DNA from: Octopus bimaculoides
Taxonomy: Eukaryota
Direction of reading: 5' to 3'
NCBI RefSeq assembly: GCF_001194135.2
Contig: NC_068983.1
Span: 139,913,392-139,953,072 of the forward strand
Length of the DNA stretch: 39,681 nt
Shown: piece by piece, positions 24,281-35,499 of the stretch
Numbering within the stretch: the stretch's first letter is position 1
Layout of the letters: each line of letters opens with the position of its first letter
Notes under the pieces: generated by a model
What the model was told of the DNA's origin: nothing
Database searches by the model: none
What the model saw: only the letters and a program-made list of their open reading frames with translations
Position numbers and translations under genes: made by a program

Positions 24281-25448
24281 GCTGGTTTTAATTTTCTAAC
24301 TCCTCTGTTCTTCTGTCCTTCAATTCTATTTTTCGTAGTTATTCTTTCGTTCTACAGTTGTTATATTTCCTTCATATTTATTTTTACGTTTCTTTATTCG
24401 TTTTCTAATCTTTCAACTATTCATTTTCTAAATATTCCCCAGAATAGTTTTCGGAAATTTCTCTATAATTGTTTTCAGTATATGACGATATAATTTTATT
24501 TATTTATATCCCTATCATTATTTTCTTCTTTGCTACGTTGATGTCATTATCTTTTTTTTATATTTCATCTAATTTTATCTGTGACTCAAACTACGATTGT
24601 TACCAGCGTACCGTTGCATTTGTGACCATCACTGTAAAACAGTACTTCTGTTGCTAATGTATTTTTCTCTTTCCCTTCATTCATTTTAGCTGTCAAGTTT
24701 TTCAACGTTTCATCAATACATTTCCAACATTTTCAAGGTTTTCTTCATTTCTTTATTATATTTTGTATCATTTTTTCTAATTTGTTTACGCCATTTGATG
24801 TTATCTTTGGTATCTTATTAATCGTTGTCACCTCAGATTTTTACCTCTGATCAGTCCGCAAAATCAGCACCCGTCTTGCCGAAATTCTTTACTTTTCATT
24901 TAGGCTGCCATATATTTCATGCATTTCATTGTTTTGTTATTCATTTATAGATTTCTTCTGTACCTGGTTCGAACGCGTGTATTTATCTGCAAATATGGTA
25001 TTTTTTTTTTCCATTTGATTTTCCCATTGAATCCTTTGACCATTCTGATACTCGCCTATCCATCTTTATTTCTCTCATCAAAGTATACCCTGCATTTTCT
25101 CTTCTTTTTCTTTGTTTTTGTCTTACTTTTTACACACTTTCATTGCTTTTTTACCTGTTGCTTCTGTTTCCATTTCTTATTTCTTGCCTGCATTTTAATT
25201 TTTTTTTAAATTTACTTGTTTCTTTGTTTCTTTTTTTTATTCTCATTTATCACATTTTCGCTCCAACGTCAACATCTGCGTCCACAAACCTATACATTCA
25301 TGTGCAAATTATATAATTTTTCAGCTATAACCTGTGCACATACAGGCGAAACTTTTATTAGCAAGAGAATACTCGAAGAAAATACAACACACAGCCACAC
25401 ACGCACACATGTATTCGCATCCCAACTGCATTGCAAAACAAAAAAACG

Positions 25449-25512
<64 letters not shown>

Positions 25513-25844
25513 ATCTGTGTGTGTGTTTGTGTGTGTGTTTNNNNNNNNNNNNNNNNNNNNNNNNNNNNNNNNNNNNNNNNNNNNNNNNNNNNNNNNNNNN
25601 NNNNNNNNNNNNNNNNNNNNNNNNNNNNNNNNNNNNNNNNNNNNNNNNNNNNNNNNNNNNNNNNNNNNNNNNNNNNNNNNNNNNNNNNNNNNNNNNNNNN
25701 NNNNNNNNNNNNNNNNNNNNNNNNNNNNNNNNNNNNNNNNNNNNNNNNNNNNNNNNNNNNNNNNNNNNNNNNNNNNNNNNNNNNNNNNNNNNNNNNNNNN
25801 NNNNNNNNNNNNNNNNNNNTATATATATATATATATATATATAT

Positions 25845-26241
25845 GACTTTCTCACTTCCCTACACATTCGTCTTCATATTTTGTTGTTTTTTTTTGCAAA
25901 TTCTCACTATATATTACACGCTCACGTGGTCGCACCACTTCTCCATATCGAAATTTTGTTGGACTATTTTACCCGGATTCTCTACCTGGACTTTCTTCTA
26001 CACTCGGACTCCTACACTTCGTCTGCACCATTCCTAACCATGAATTACACTAGAACGTTTGAATCTTTTGAACTTTTCTGAACTTTTTTGTACTTTCTGC
26101 TTTTTGCCGTTTCTCTTTTTGTTGAAGAGGGTAGGCTCGAAGCGTAAAATACTTTCTCACATCCCAAGAGTTAAACTAATACATTTGTTCGTTATTTACA
26201 CAATCATCTTCGTCTTTTGTTTTTCTGTAAATTCTCACTAT
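25845..26241 (+). mobile_element. Terminally redundant element of about 400 bp with a minimal hammerhead-like motif (Penelope pLTR or non-LTR retrozyme candidate), embedded in (TA)n
   Basis: 25845-25910 (GACTTTCTCACTTCCC..TACACATTCGTCTTC..AAATTCTCACTAT) recurs at 26150-26241. A hammerhead-like fold lies at 26114-26151, and (TA)n runs lie on both sides. Confidence 0.6.
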
Positions 26242-26295
<54 letters not shown>

Positions 26296-26397
26296 ACTAT
26301 ATGCGCGTAAACACTCGCTAATATCAAACACATCACACAACACACCACTCTTTTTTAATTCGCTGATTTATATTTAGTGAATTGGTTTAGTACTTAC

Positions 26398-26429
26398 CAC
26401 TATCGGACATAGAATGGAACTGAACTTAC
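26398..26429 (-). other. Candidate 32-nt mini-exon or recursive splice site
   Basis: Minus strand: CTAAT branch-like motif, TATTTTCTGTTTCACCATAG | GTAAGTTCAGTTCCATTCTATGTCCGATAGTG | GTAAGTA. No transcript evidence. Confidence 0.3.
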
Positions 26430-26695
26430 CTATGGTGAAACAGAAAATATACAGATTAGGCAAAGAAAAAAGACAAACAATTTGAATGAATTGTTACAGG
26501 AATCGAAAATGAAATTACATATATATATTATATTCTTATTGTTGTCTTTGATATGAAATTGCTACTAGCGTACAATCTATCGATGTCTATTCACTGGTAT
26601 GTTTTAGGGCAAGGATATATTTCCAAGTAACACAGCGATGTATACATACGCAAGTGCTTTCATGTACACACTATGCATTGTGTATTGCGTATATC

Positions 26696-26727
<32 letters not shown>

Positions 26728-27254
26728 NNNNNNNNNNNNNNNNNNNNNNNNNNNNNNNNNNNNNNNNNNNNNNNNNNNNNNNNNNNNNNNNNNNNNNNNN
26801 NNNNNNNNNNNNNNNNNNNNNNNNNNNNNNNNNNNNNNNNNNNNNNNNNNNNNNNNNNNNNNNNNNNNNNNNNNNNNNNNNNNNNNNNNNNNNNNNNNNN
26901 NNNNNNNNNNNNNNNNNNNNNNNNNNNNNNNNNNNNNNNNNNNNNNNNNNNNNNNNNNNNNNNNNNNNNNNNNNNNNNNNNNNNNNNNNNNNNNNNNNNN
27001 NNNNNNNNNNNNNNNNNNNNNNNNNNNNNNNNNNNNNNNNNNNNNNNNNNNNNNNNNNNNNNNNNNNNNNNNNNNNNNNNNNNNNNNNNNNNNNNNNNNN
27101 NNNNNNNNNNNNNNNNNNNNNNNNNNNNNNNNNNNNNNNNNNNNNNNNNNNNNNNNNNNNNNNNNNNNNNNNNNNNNNNNNNNNNNNNNNNNNNNNNNNN
27201 NNNNNNNNNNNNNNNNNNNNNNATATATATATATATACATATATATAGAGAGAA

Positions 27255-27331
<77 letters not shown>

Positions 27332-28644
27332 CACAGAAAGGTATGGATATTTGCTAGATAAATAAATAAGTAATGCTCTTGTGCACACGCACCTGTGTAT
27401 ATAGGTATGGGAGAATGTACATCCACACAATTTCTGGTAACCTGTAAGAGTTTCATTAAATATACATATTGTCTTTCGATCCAATATTGAATATATATGT
27501 GAAAACTAATGTAGCTAATGTATTCTTAAATTTAGCATCTACCAAATGTCCCTAAGGAGTGTAGTGTCATAGGAGGTTGAACAAATATTAACTGATTTTA
27601 TTATTGCAAGAATTTCACCTCTTTGAAGGAACTGTAAACTTAATTGAATATAGCAGCTGTTAGATCAAAATATTACTGTATAAACTTATAATTCTAGATT
27701 AATTACAACGTTACACACCCAAACCTCACAAGCAGAAAAGAAATCCCCTTCAGGCGAGTTTTTGTAACAGCTAGAAAACAGGTCATCATATCCAAGTTTC
27801 TATAGTGACTGAAATAAACTATATTCTCTCCGTACAAAATTCACTAGTCCATTTTAAAAAGAACCTACTTAAGCAAATCTTGCCTCATTCGCCATGCCAG
27901 AAATGCCCGTTATATTAAAATCAAAAATATTATATTTTGTCTAAGACCAATTCGGCTTTTACTTCAAATTATGAATCATTGAATTATTGTCACCTGCATG
28001 GCTATTTCTTTGTTTCGGGAACGCTGTCTTTGTAAAGATAACATATAACCCACTTCGTTTTTACCTCTAAATATTGCTAATGTAGCTAATGTATTCTTAA
28101 ATTTAGTGTCTACCAATTGTCCAATTTTCCAACTTTAAAGACTATGATTCCTGTTTGAAATTTCGTATGCATTCTTTGTCTATCCTGGATCTGTTCATTG
28201 CTTCCATTTAGCACGATGTTTGCAACCTTTATTGGATTTCACATACCTCTGTATAGGTTATACGTGTGATTTGCAGATTATATTATTTTTCTACTGCAAA
28301 TTAATCCTCCAAATACGGTTTGATGAAATTGTTTTTATGCCCCCTTATTTATATGGAAGTGATTTTCTTCCATTAAAGTTGATCAACCTATCTGTGCCTG
28401 TGTGTCCACACTGTTTAGTTTCCAGTGCATCCTACAAATAACACCGATATTAGTTTTATTCTCACATTCCTACTTTAACATTTTCCGCTTCCCTCGTCAA
28501 TTTTTTTTCATCTAATGAAGGCTTTTTATGTCGCTCCTGCATTTCCTCCGCTCTGTATACACACTCACATACGGAGGTACACTTGCATACACGCATACGT
28601 GCACACAGAAACATGGACACACGCACACACACATACATACACAC

Positions 28645-28683
<39 letters not shown>

Positions 28684-28895
28684 AAAAGCAAACACACATA
28701 CACACACACNNNNNNNNNNCACACACAAACAAAAAGCAAACACACATACACACACACATACATATGGTATGCACATTTCCGTGTAAGAAATCTCCAAATA
28801 GTAAATAGCATGCATCAAAACATATCTTTTTCATCCCCACTCACTTTGAAATATGACTATTTATTCGTTATATTACACAAACTCTATTTCACTGC

Positions 28896-29020
28896 AGGAG
28901 AGTACGTGGCCTAGGGATTAGAGTGTTACACTCACGATCATGAGAATGAGTTTTTCATTCTCAGACCGGTTTGTGTGTTGTGTTCTTGAGCAAAATACTT
29001 CATCTCAGGCTGCTCTGCAA
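28896..29020 (+). mobile_element. tRNA-derived CORE-type SINE (degenerate)
   Basis: A-box-like GTGGCCTAGGGATTAG, a tRNA-like head, then GTGTTCTTGAGCAAAATACTTCATCTCA, which resembles the CORE/MIR core GTGACCTTGGGCAAGTCACTTAACCTCT. Confidence 0.65.
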
Positions 29021-29234
29021 TATCTTTGCCATCTCACGTCAAGCACACACTGCGCCGATTCACATTGATTTGATGGAGGTAGTACGATAATGTACAGCTC
29101 ATCCATTTTATGACTGTGAACAAATCCTCTGGTGAAGATTGTTCAGCAAAAAAATCGAAGGACTTTTCCTCTCTAACTACGAGACACTATTTTGTAACTA
29201 TTATCTTGTAACTATAACGTTCTTATTATATATA

Positions 29235-29390
29235 CAAGGCTTGATTCTGAAGAAGCTTGCTTCCCAACCACATGGTTTCATATTCTGTCGAACTGCATTG
29301 CACCTTCGTTAGATGATTTCTTCTATAACAACGGACCAGCCAAAGTCCTGTGAGTGAATTTGGCAGACGGAAACGGAAAGAAGCCCTTCT
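29235..29390 (+). mobile_element. tRNA-derived SINE (near full length) followed by a (TA)n(TG)n tail
   Basis: AGAAGCTTGCTTCCCAACCACATGGTT..GCACCTT..CCAAAGTCCTGTGAGTGAATTTGGCAGACGGAAACGGAAAGAAGCCC; a second copy lies at 23436-23533. Confidence 0.8.
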
Positions 29391-29392
29391 GC

Positions 29393-29530
<138 letters not shown>

Positions 29531-29584
29531 TGCGTGTATACGAGAGAGTACGCATAATAAACCAGAGTTTTGCAATATTATGTT

Positions 29585-29873
29585 ATTCAACTTCCAGCTA
29601 TTCCTTCAAATCACGAAACGTAGTTCCTCGCACAAAATTCGTCAGTAGGAGCTCCAGGATATATTGGTCATATCAACAAGTTCGTCAATTGTTCGGTGAT
29701 GGTCTTCTAAGACCAGTGCATGAATGTTCGTGATGATTTCACCGGTTCGAGAGGTTGACTGCCGCTATGCACGAGGATGGTCTTCAAGTGACAAGTGAAC
29801 AGTCTTAAAGTGTGAAAAATCACTCGTAAACCTGTGTTTTGTTCATGACTGTGTCCTTGTAAGCTGTAGGAAA
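29585..29873 (-). mobile_element. Mariner transposase N-terminal fragment (a different family from the adjacent DD41D piece)
   Basis: TAYKDTVMNKTQVYE*FSHFKTVHLSLEDHPRA*RQSTSRTGEIITNIHALVLEDHHRTIDELVDMTNISWSSY*RILCEEL, then RDLKE*LEV. This is a mariner HTH region with the R.GRP.T linker motif. Confidence 0.8.
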
Positions 29874-30384
29874 TCAAGTCTGGAGAACGTGAAAGCCAGT
29901 TGACATTGCCGTGACGGGAGGTTATTCACGCTTCAAAGCACTGCCGTAGCAACTGCATTGTTTCTCTTGCAGTATGAGCGGTTGCCTCATCTTGTTGGAA
30001 CCATGTGTGACGTCTACATTGAATGGCCGAGCACAAAAAGGTCTCAGTCATGGATACCTGAAAGTGAGGATCTACGTCAACAAACCGGAGACCCTGCTGT
30101 AACTGAGTGAGAATATCAATATATAAATCAGAGAAGTAGGGTTTGAAACTCTTGTGGGTGCCATGGTGGAAGTTTGGGAAAGTGCACGGGCGTGCGAAGC
30201 GGAAAATGGCTGCGTTTTAAGCGATTTCAGTTGTCATAGTGATGTAGTGGTGTTGCAAAATTTGATTGTGTTTATTAATTTCCTTTTAGGTACTTTATAC
30301 TGTATCAAGCTTTCATGCATTTATGTGTGAGGTTAAGGAAGTTATTAAAAATTGAAAACTATCAGTAACTTTTGGGACATCCTG
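29874..30384. mobile_element. DD41D (rosa/Visitor-like) transposon 3' part with an internally inverted segment and a right TIR
   Basis: Minus strand 30052-29874 reads MTETFLCSAIQCRRHTWFQQDEATAHTARETMQLLRQCFEA*ITSRHGNVNWLSRSPDL. The plus strand from 30052 reads GYLKVRIYVNKPETL..ARACEAENG. The element ends ...GGGACATCCTG then TA. The spacing to the expected SPDLxxxD is 41, with the third D inferred because it is deleted. Confidence 0.8.
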
Positions 30385-30430
30385 TATATATATATACAGG
30401 ATGTCCCAAATGTTACTGATAGTTTACAAT
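30351..30430. repeat. 80-bp palindrome: TIR-(TA)6-TIR
   Basis: ATTGAAAACTATCAGTAACTTTTGGGACATCCTG-TATATATATATA-CAGGATGTCCCAAATGTTACTGATAGTTTACAAT; 34-bp arms with 2 mismatches. Confidence 0.95.
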
Positions 30431-32394
30431 ATATATAGATTCAGGTGAATATAGCACTTAAGTTTAGGTACCGGAATTAAGTATGGTATTATCTATACAG
30501 TTTCAAAATAAGGAGGTTAAAGTCAAAATAAGCAACAAAGTTAATGCAGTACGATCGTTTCATACGACTCCATTTAATTAAGCAATGTGCACATTACATC
30601 AAATATAAAATGTAGACCAATCGTCAGCTGCACAAATATATAGAAATTTAATAAAATTACAATTAAACAGGGCATATTTTTTATAATTAAATCTAAACTA
30701 TCCAAGTAGAAAGGAAGAATACAAAAAACAATCTTGATTTAGCTAGACCATACAGGTTAGTAAATAATTCTAAGCANNNNNNNNNNNNNNNNNNNNNNNN
30801 NNNNNNNNNNNNNNNNNNNNNNNNNNNNNNNNNNNNNNNNNNNNNNNNNNNNNNNNNNNNNNNNNNNNNNNNNNNNNNNNNNNNNNNNNNNNNNNNNNNN
30901 NNNNNNNNNNNNNNNNNNNNNNNNNNNNNNNNNNNNNNNNNNNNNNNNNNNNNNNNNNNNNNNNNNNNNNNNNNNNNNNNNNNNNNNNNNNNNNNNNNNN
31001 NNNNNNNNNNNNNNNNNNNNNNNNNNNNNNNNNNNNNNNNNNNNNNNNNNNNNNNNNNNNNNNNNNNNNNNNNNNNNNNNNNNNNNNNNNNNNNNNNNNN
31101 NNNNNNNNNNNNNNNNNNNNNNNNNNNNNNNNNNNNNNNNNNNNNNNNNNNNNNNNNNNNNNNNNNNNNNNNNNNNNNNNNNNNNNNNNNNNNNAACGTA
31201 TGTATACACAAACACAAACACGTGAGTGTGTGTATTTGTGTGTGCGCGTGCTGTAATGTATACATATATGTATATGTAAGTGTATGCATGTATGTATATG
31301 CTGAAATTTCCATTAAAAGATAAAGTTTATTATAATATTATTTTTATAACGAAATGTATTATAGACATCAAAAATCTGATTGTGTCTTTTCCTTCTACGC
31401 AAGGTGAAAATGTGAAAATATAAATACATAAAGATATGAAAATAATCATTTTCATGATTTCTCCGAACTACAATCATCATATCATGTCAGCTTCGATGTC
31501 AATTGAATTTTCCTATATTAAGCTCAACCTTTCCAACTAAACGAAACTAATTACAAAATTCTAATTTATCAAATTAATTATACGCTCCGTTGGCTAACAA
31601 TCCTTATCAAGGACGTATTTTAACTTCATTGTCAGGTATTCTTATCAATTAAAGTGCATCCTTTTGCCAACATTTCCTCATCTTTAAATATCAACTTTAA
31701 TCAGTTACTGGTTTTGCCCACCAAGGAACACTTGATATTATATTATCGAAAACTAGCTTGACATATGGAAACATTTTTAGCCTTTCCTTTCCACCTAAAA
31801 CATGTGTGCATTTTTAGTATTTATTTCTGTTTTAGGACATCTCGTTGTGTGTATATGTGAAAATGTTTAACTCATGTCTCCGTTAATCCGAAGTCTGAAC
31901 CATTCAGCATGAATGAATATTATTTTCACTGATTAATACATGTTATTTTTTAACGTGTTCTGTTATTTTCTTCCCAAATATTAATGTCAAATCCGACAAT
32001 AAATCCCATTATTCTCAGTTGAGATTTAAGATAAGTAGATGTGACAAGAATAAACCACGTTTCTTCTACCCTGTAATATCTGAATAACATCAGTCTCGAC
32101 TGATTAAAATGCTCTTCAATCGACGACCAGCATATAATAGAGGTAAGCTACCGACGGCAAAATATTTCGGTTTTAGTTTCGACTTTCTATTCTATTTTAT
32201 TTTACTTTTTCTGAATGTGTCATTTTCTTAAAAACTATTATACAATAGAACAACGTGAGCGTTGCTCGATTTCTTTCCCAGTTTTTCCATATATTTGTAT
32301 AAGTCTCATACTGAAAATAATGTAATTGGAAAAGACGTAAAGGCCTAGATTGTGTATGAAACTAATACTGGAGAAAAATATAAAGCTTCTACAC

Positions 32395-32939
32395 AACCGC
32401 TTCTTAAACTATGGATCGCGCCCCAAATGGGGTCGCGAAGCGAATTGCTGGGGTCACGAAAATTAAATTCAGACACTTGAAGTTCAGTTTATATGTTATT
32501 TCTGAAATGGATTTAAATGTTCTTTAGTCATGTCATTTAATACCACATACTTAAGTAAAATGACTTTTCAGCTTTAACCCTTTTTAAACCAAATATCGTT
32601 CAACGCTAAAAAACGCAGAAGATGCTTTACGTCCAACAGGTTCAAATATTACACCAAAGTTTAATTTGTTATGCGGCAAAAAGAAAAAAAATAGGCATAT
32701 CCGTCACATTGATTGTCACTTTCCTTTACTTTTTTACTTAGGTTTATTTTTGTACTTGAAACAAATCCTAAAGCTACTTTTATTTTGACAAATAACTACT
32801 TTTTTATATGCGTACTGATCAGGAAAAACATAAATGATTTATGCATTTATGTGTGTTATATTTCATATTTAATACATGGGGTCGCGAAAAATCTCGTTGA
32901 AAAATGGAGTCATGAAAGAAAAATGTTTAAGAAGCACTG
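32395..32939. mobile_element. Non-autonomous hAT (Charlie-like) element or MITE, 545 bp
   Basis: Termini AACCGCTTCTTAAAC and GTTTAAGAAGCACTG (15-bp TIR, left end diverged). A perfect 8-bp TSD TTCTACAC lies at 32387-32394 and 32940-32947, with subterminal GGGGTCRCGAA repeats at both ends. Confidence 0.9.
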
Positions 32940-34599
32940 TTCTACACAATAAATCGACCTCAAAGAAATAATAATCGAATTCCTTCAAAGACACTTTATC
33001 AACATTTTGCCAAATTGTAGCTTCCAATATACAGAAATACGAGATGGTTTCGACTGGAACAACTGTAATCATTGGTAATCTGTTAATCAACAGTTTGCGA
33101 CGTAGAGTAAAACAAGTTTAAGGATTAAACACTCTTCACTTTTACAATATTTGTCATTCGTTATTTGGGGAAATCTAAGTTTCATTCTTAATTAAAAAAA
33201 AATTCTTTAAAAATGCAATTTATGTGACTTGACTGTATTTCTAGTGTATCAAACTGTATTTCTAGTGTACAAGTAATAAAAAGGGTTTACTTTTCTCTAC
33301 ATGTACTCGTAAAGTTTTTGTTTAATGTTTTCTGATAATTTTAAGAATATTGATACATTTAAAAATCTAAAGAAAATGTCTTAATTATAAAAGTGGGAAA
33401 AAGTTTCTAAAATACTGAAGTAATCTAAGCTACCAGTTCCCATTTAAGTTCTTTAAGTAGCTGATGGCAAGTTGTATGATGCATAATTTCTTTAGCTACC
33501 TTTTCGAAGAGAGTAATGTCCAAATGTGTGAGCTTGATAGAAGAGATACCGCTAAGACTCAGAATGTAGATACTTCAGAATGGTTGAGAATGGGGGTAGC
33601 CATTTTAAAATAGACAACACGAGAATTAAAATAAACAATAAAATCAGCGATATAAAAATGCCTCTCCCAACAAAATATGTTTCTCTTGTCGGATACAAAA
33701 CAATTTATACAAACATAGATATAATAATAATTTCTAATGAATATAGGCAGTTTCGTAAATCAATCTGGTGCTATAGAAGATTGTCCTTTTACGTTGCCTA
33801 TTATTCTTGGCGGAATGTCTACAAAAATATAAAGGGATCGTTAAAAATATACAGGAATCCATTCGTATGGATGTAGATACTGTAGGTCTCCTCATCCATT
33901 GGAAAGTTAACATAGGCTTCTCATAGAAGAACAAATCCAATTGTGTGGTAGAAAGTATATCCGTATGAAGGTTGATGCTAGTTCCTGACTAGTACTTATG
34001 CTTTCGATACTGAATGTATGAATGCCTTAAGATATATTCGTCGACATTTAAGTAAGATGATATAATTTAAAAATCAATATTACATGCATCTAGAATCAAT
34101 AACACATGAAAAACATTATATATTTTCTGAATAGGTTTGTGCAATAAAGAACAATTAAGTTGAAAATATTGTAATGTTTATGTAATGTGAGCTCTGAGAC
34201 TTTTTGGGCCTCAGCAGTTATGTTCTAAGTGTAATGTAGTAACAAGGGTGAAATTTACTAGTAGAGAGTCTATGATGGCAGTCTAGAGCGTTCTATTTAG
34301 CATCAATATTGCAAATTATAAGTTACAGAAATACATGATTTCAGGATTTCGGCTTGCAACTTCACATTTTATTTGGAAGTTGATTTATTTCTGGTATACT
34401 AAGTTAATGTTCGCATTAGCTTACTTATGATTTTAAAACGATTTAGGAAGAACAACTGTTAAATGAATTATTTTATCCTCTGTCTTGCATTTCTATACAA
34501 CATTACACATATAATATTCCGTCTTTAGCTGTCTGATCAGCTTCAGGCAATGGTTGACGTAATTCAGATGTGTTGCTCTCAATTTATCAATGTCACTGC

Positions 34600-34655
<56 letters not shown>

Positions 34656-34690
34656 GTGATCGTGATAGTGATGATGATGATGATGATAAT
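34600..34690. repeat. (TAG)n(GAT)n microsatellite
   Basis: Direct reading of the sequence. Confidence 0.95.
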
Positions 34691-35499
34691 CAATACTTCT
34701 ATTTAACGTTTATTTGAATCAAGCTGCATGTCCTGCCATTCGCTCTAAATTTGTGCTATATTTTTTGGGTTGTAATTATTATCAAACATTCTTATTGGTA
34801 CTATGAGAAATGCCACAGTTATTAGTACATTCACATTACTTTTTAGTGAAGTCTCCCAATTGAAAAGAAAAAAAGGTGATGAAGAAAACAATGCAACGCA
34901 TGTACCTTTGCCAATGTTATAATATAACAACAAGCTCATGCCACTTAAATATTCTGGGCTTAGATTTAATTAGCACAGATGAGAGTTACTGCATTTACTC
35001 CATGCACAGACAATTTTCTGTATAATTAAATAATTTTTAAATCGATTGAGTTAACAAAGATTATTCTAGTTCAGTTTCATTGTTTCTAGACCAAGAATAA
35101 TGAACAAATATACAATTAAATTACAGGCCATGAATTTCGTGCATTTCTTTGGAAAAATGTTTATTAAAGAAAATGTTTATTTACATGGTAAGGTCACCTA
35201 ACGTTGTTTATTATTTAATGAGTAAAGTAGGTCACAGTTGTCTGTAACTCAGGGAACTTCTGACAATATGTTGGCTAAATTAGATTCATGCTGTTGTTTA
35301 CGCATTAGATACATGCTATGATCTAGCTGAAATTGGCATGCAATGCAATGTTGACAATATCTGTGCCACCTTAAATAATTTCAAATTGACAGTCAGGACA
35401 TTCGAAAAATCCTAAGTAAAGTGTCGCATTATCCACTTCCAGGAAATTCATATAATGAGGTCAACATTTTTATCAAAGAATTACGAAGGAATGGGGTGA

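Noticed and set aside
28670-28760. Apparent tandem duplication of CACACACAAACAAAAAGCAAACACACATAC on both sides of a 10-N gap
   Set aside because: This is a typical scaffolding overlap artefact across a placeholder gap.
32094-32142. Possible plus-strand 49-nt exon (SRLIKMLFNRRPAYNR) with a GAG|GTAAGC donor
   Set aside because: Unrecognisable peptide and modest acceptor; such sites are expected by chance.
33580-33940. Overlapping 98-aa and 68-aa ORFs in unique sequence
   Set aside because: They use non-ATG starts, have no recognisable domain, and their lengths are within chance.
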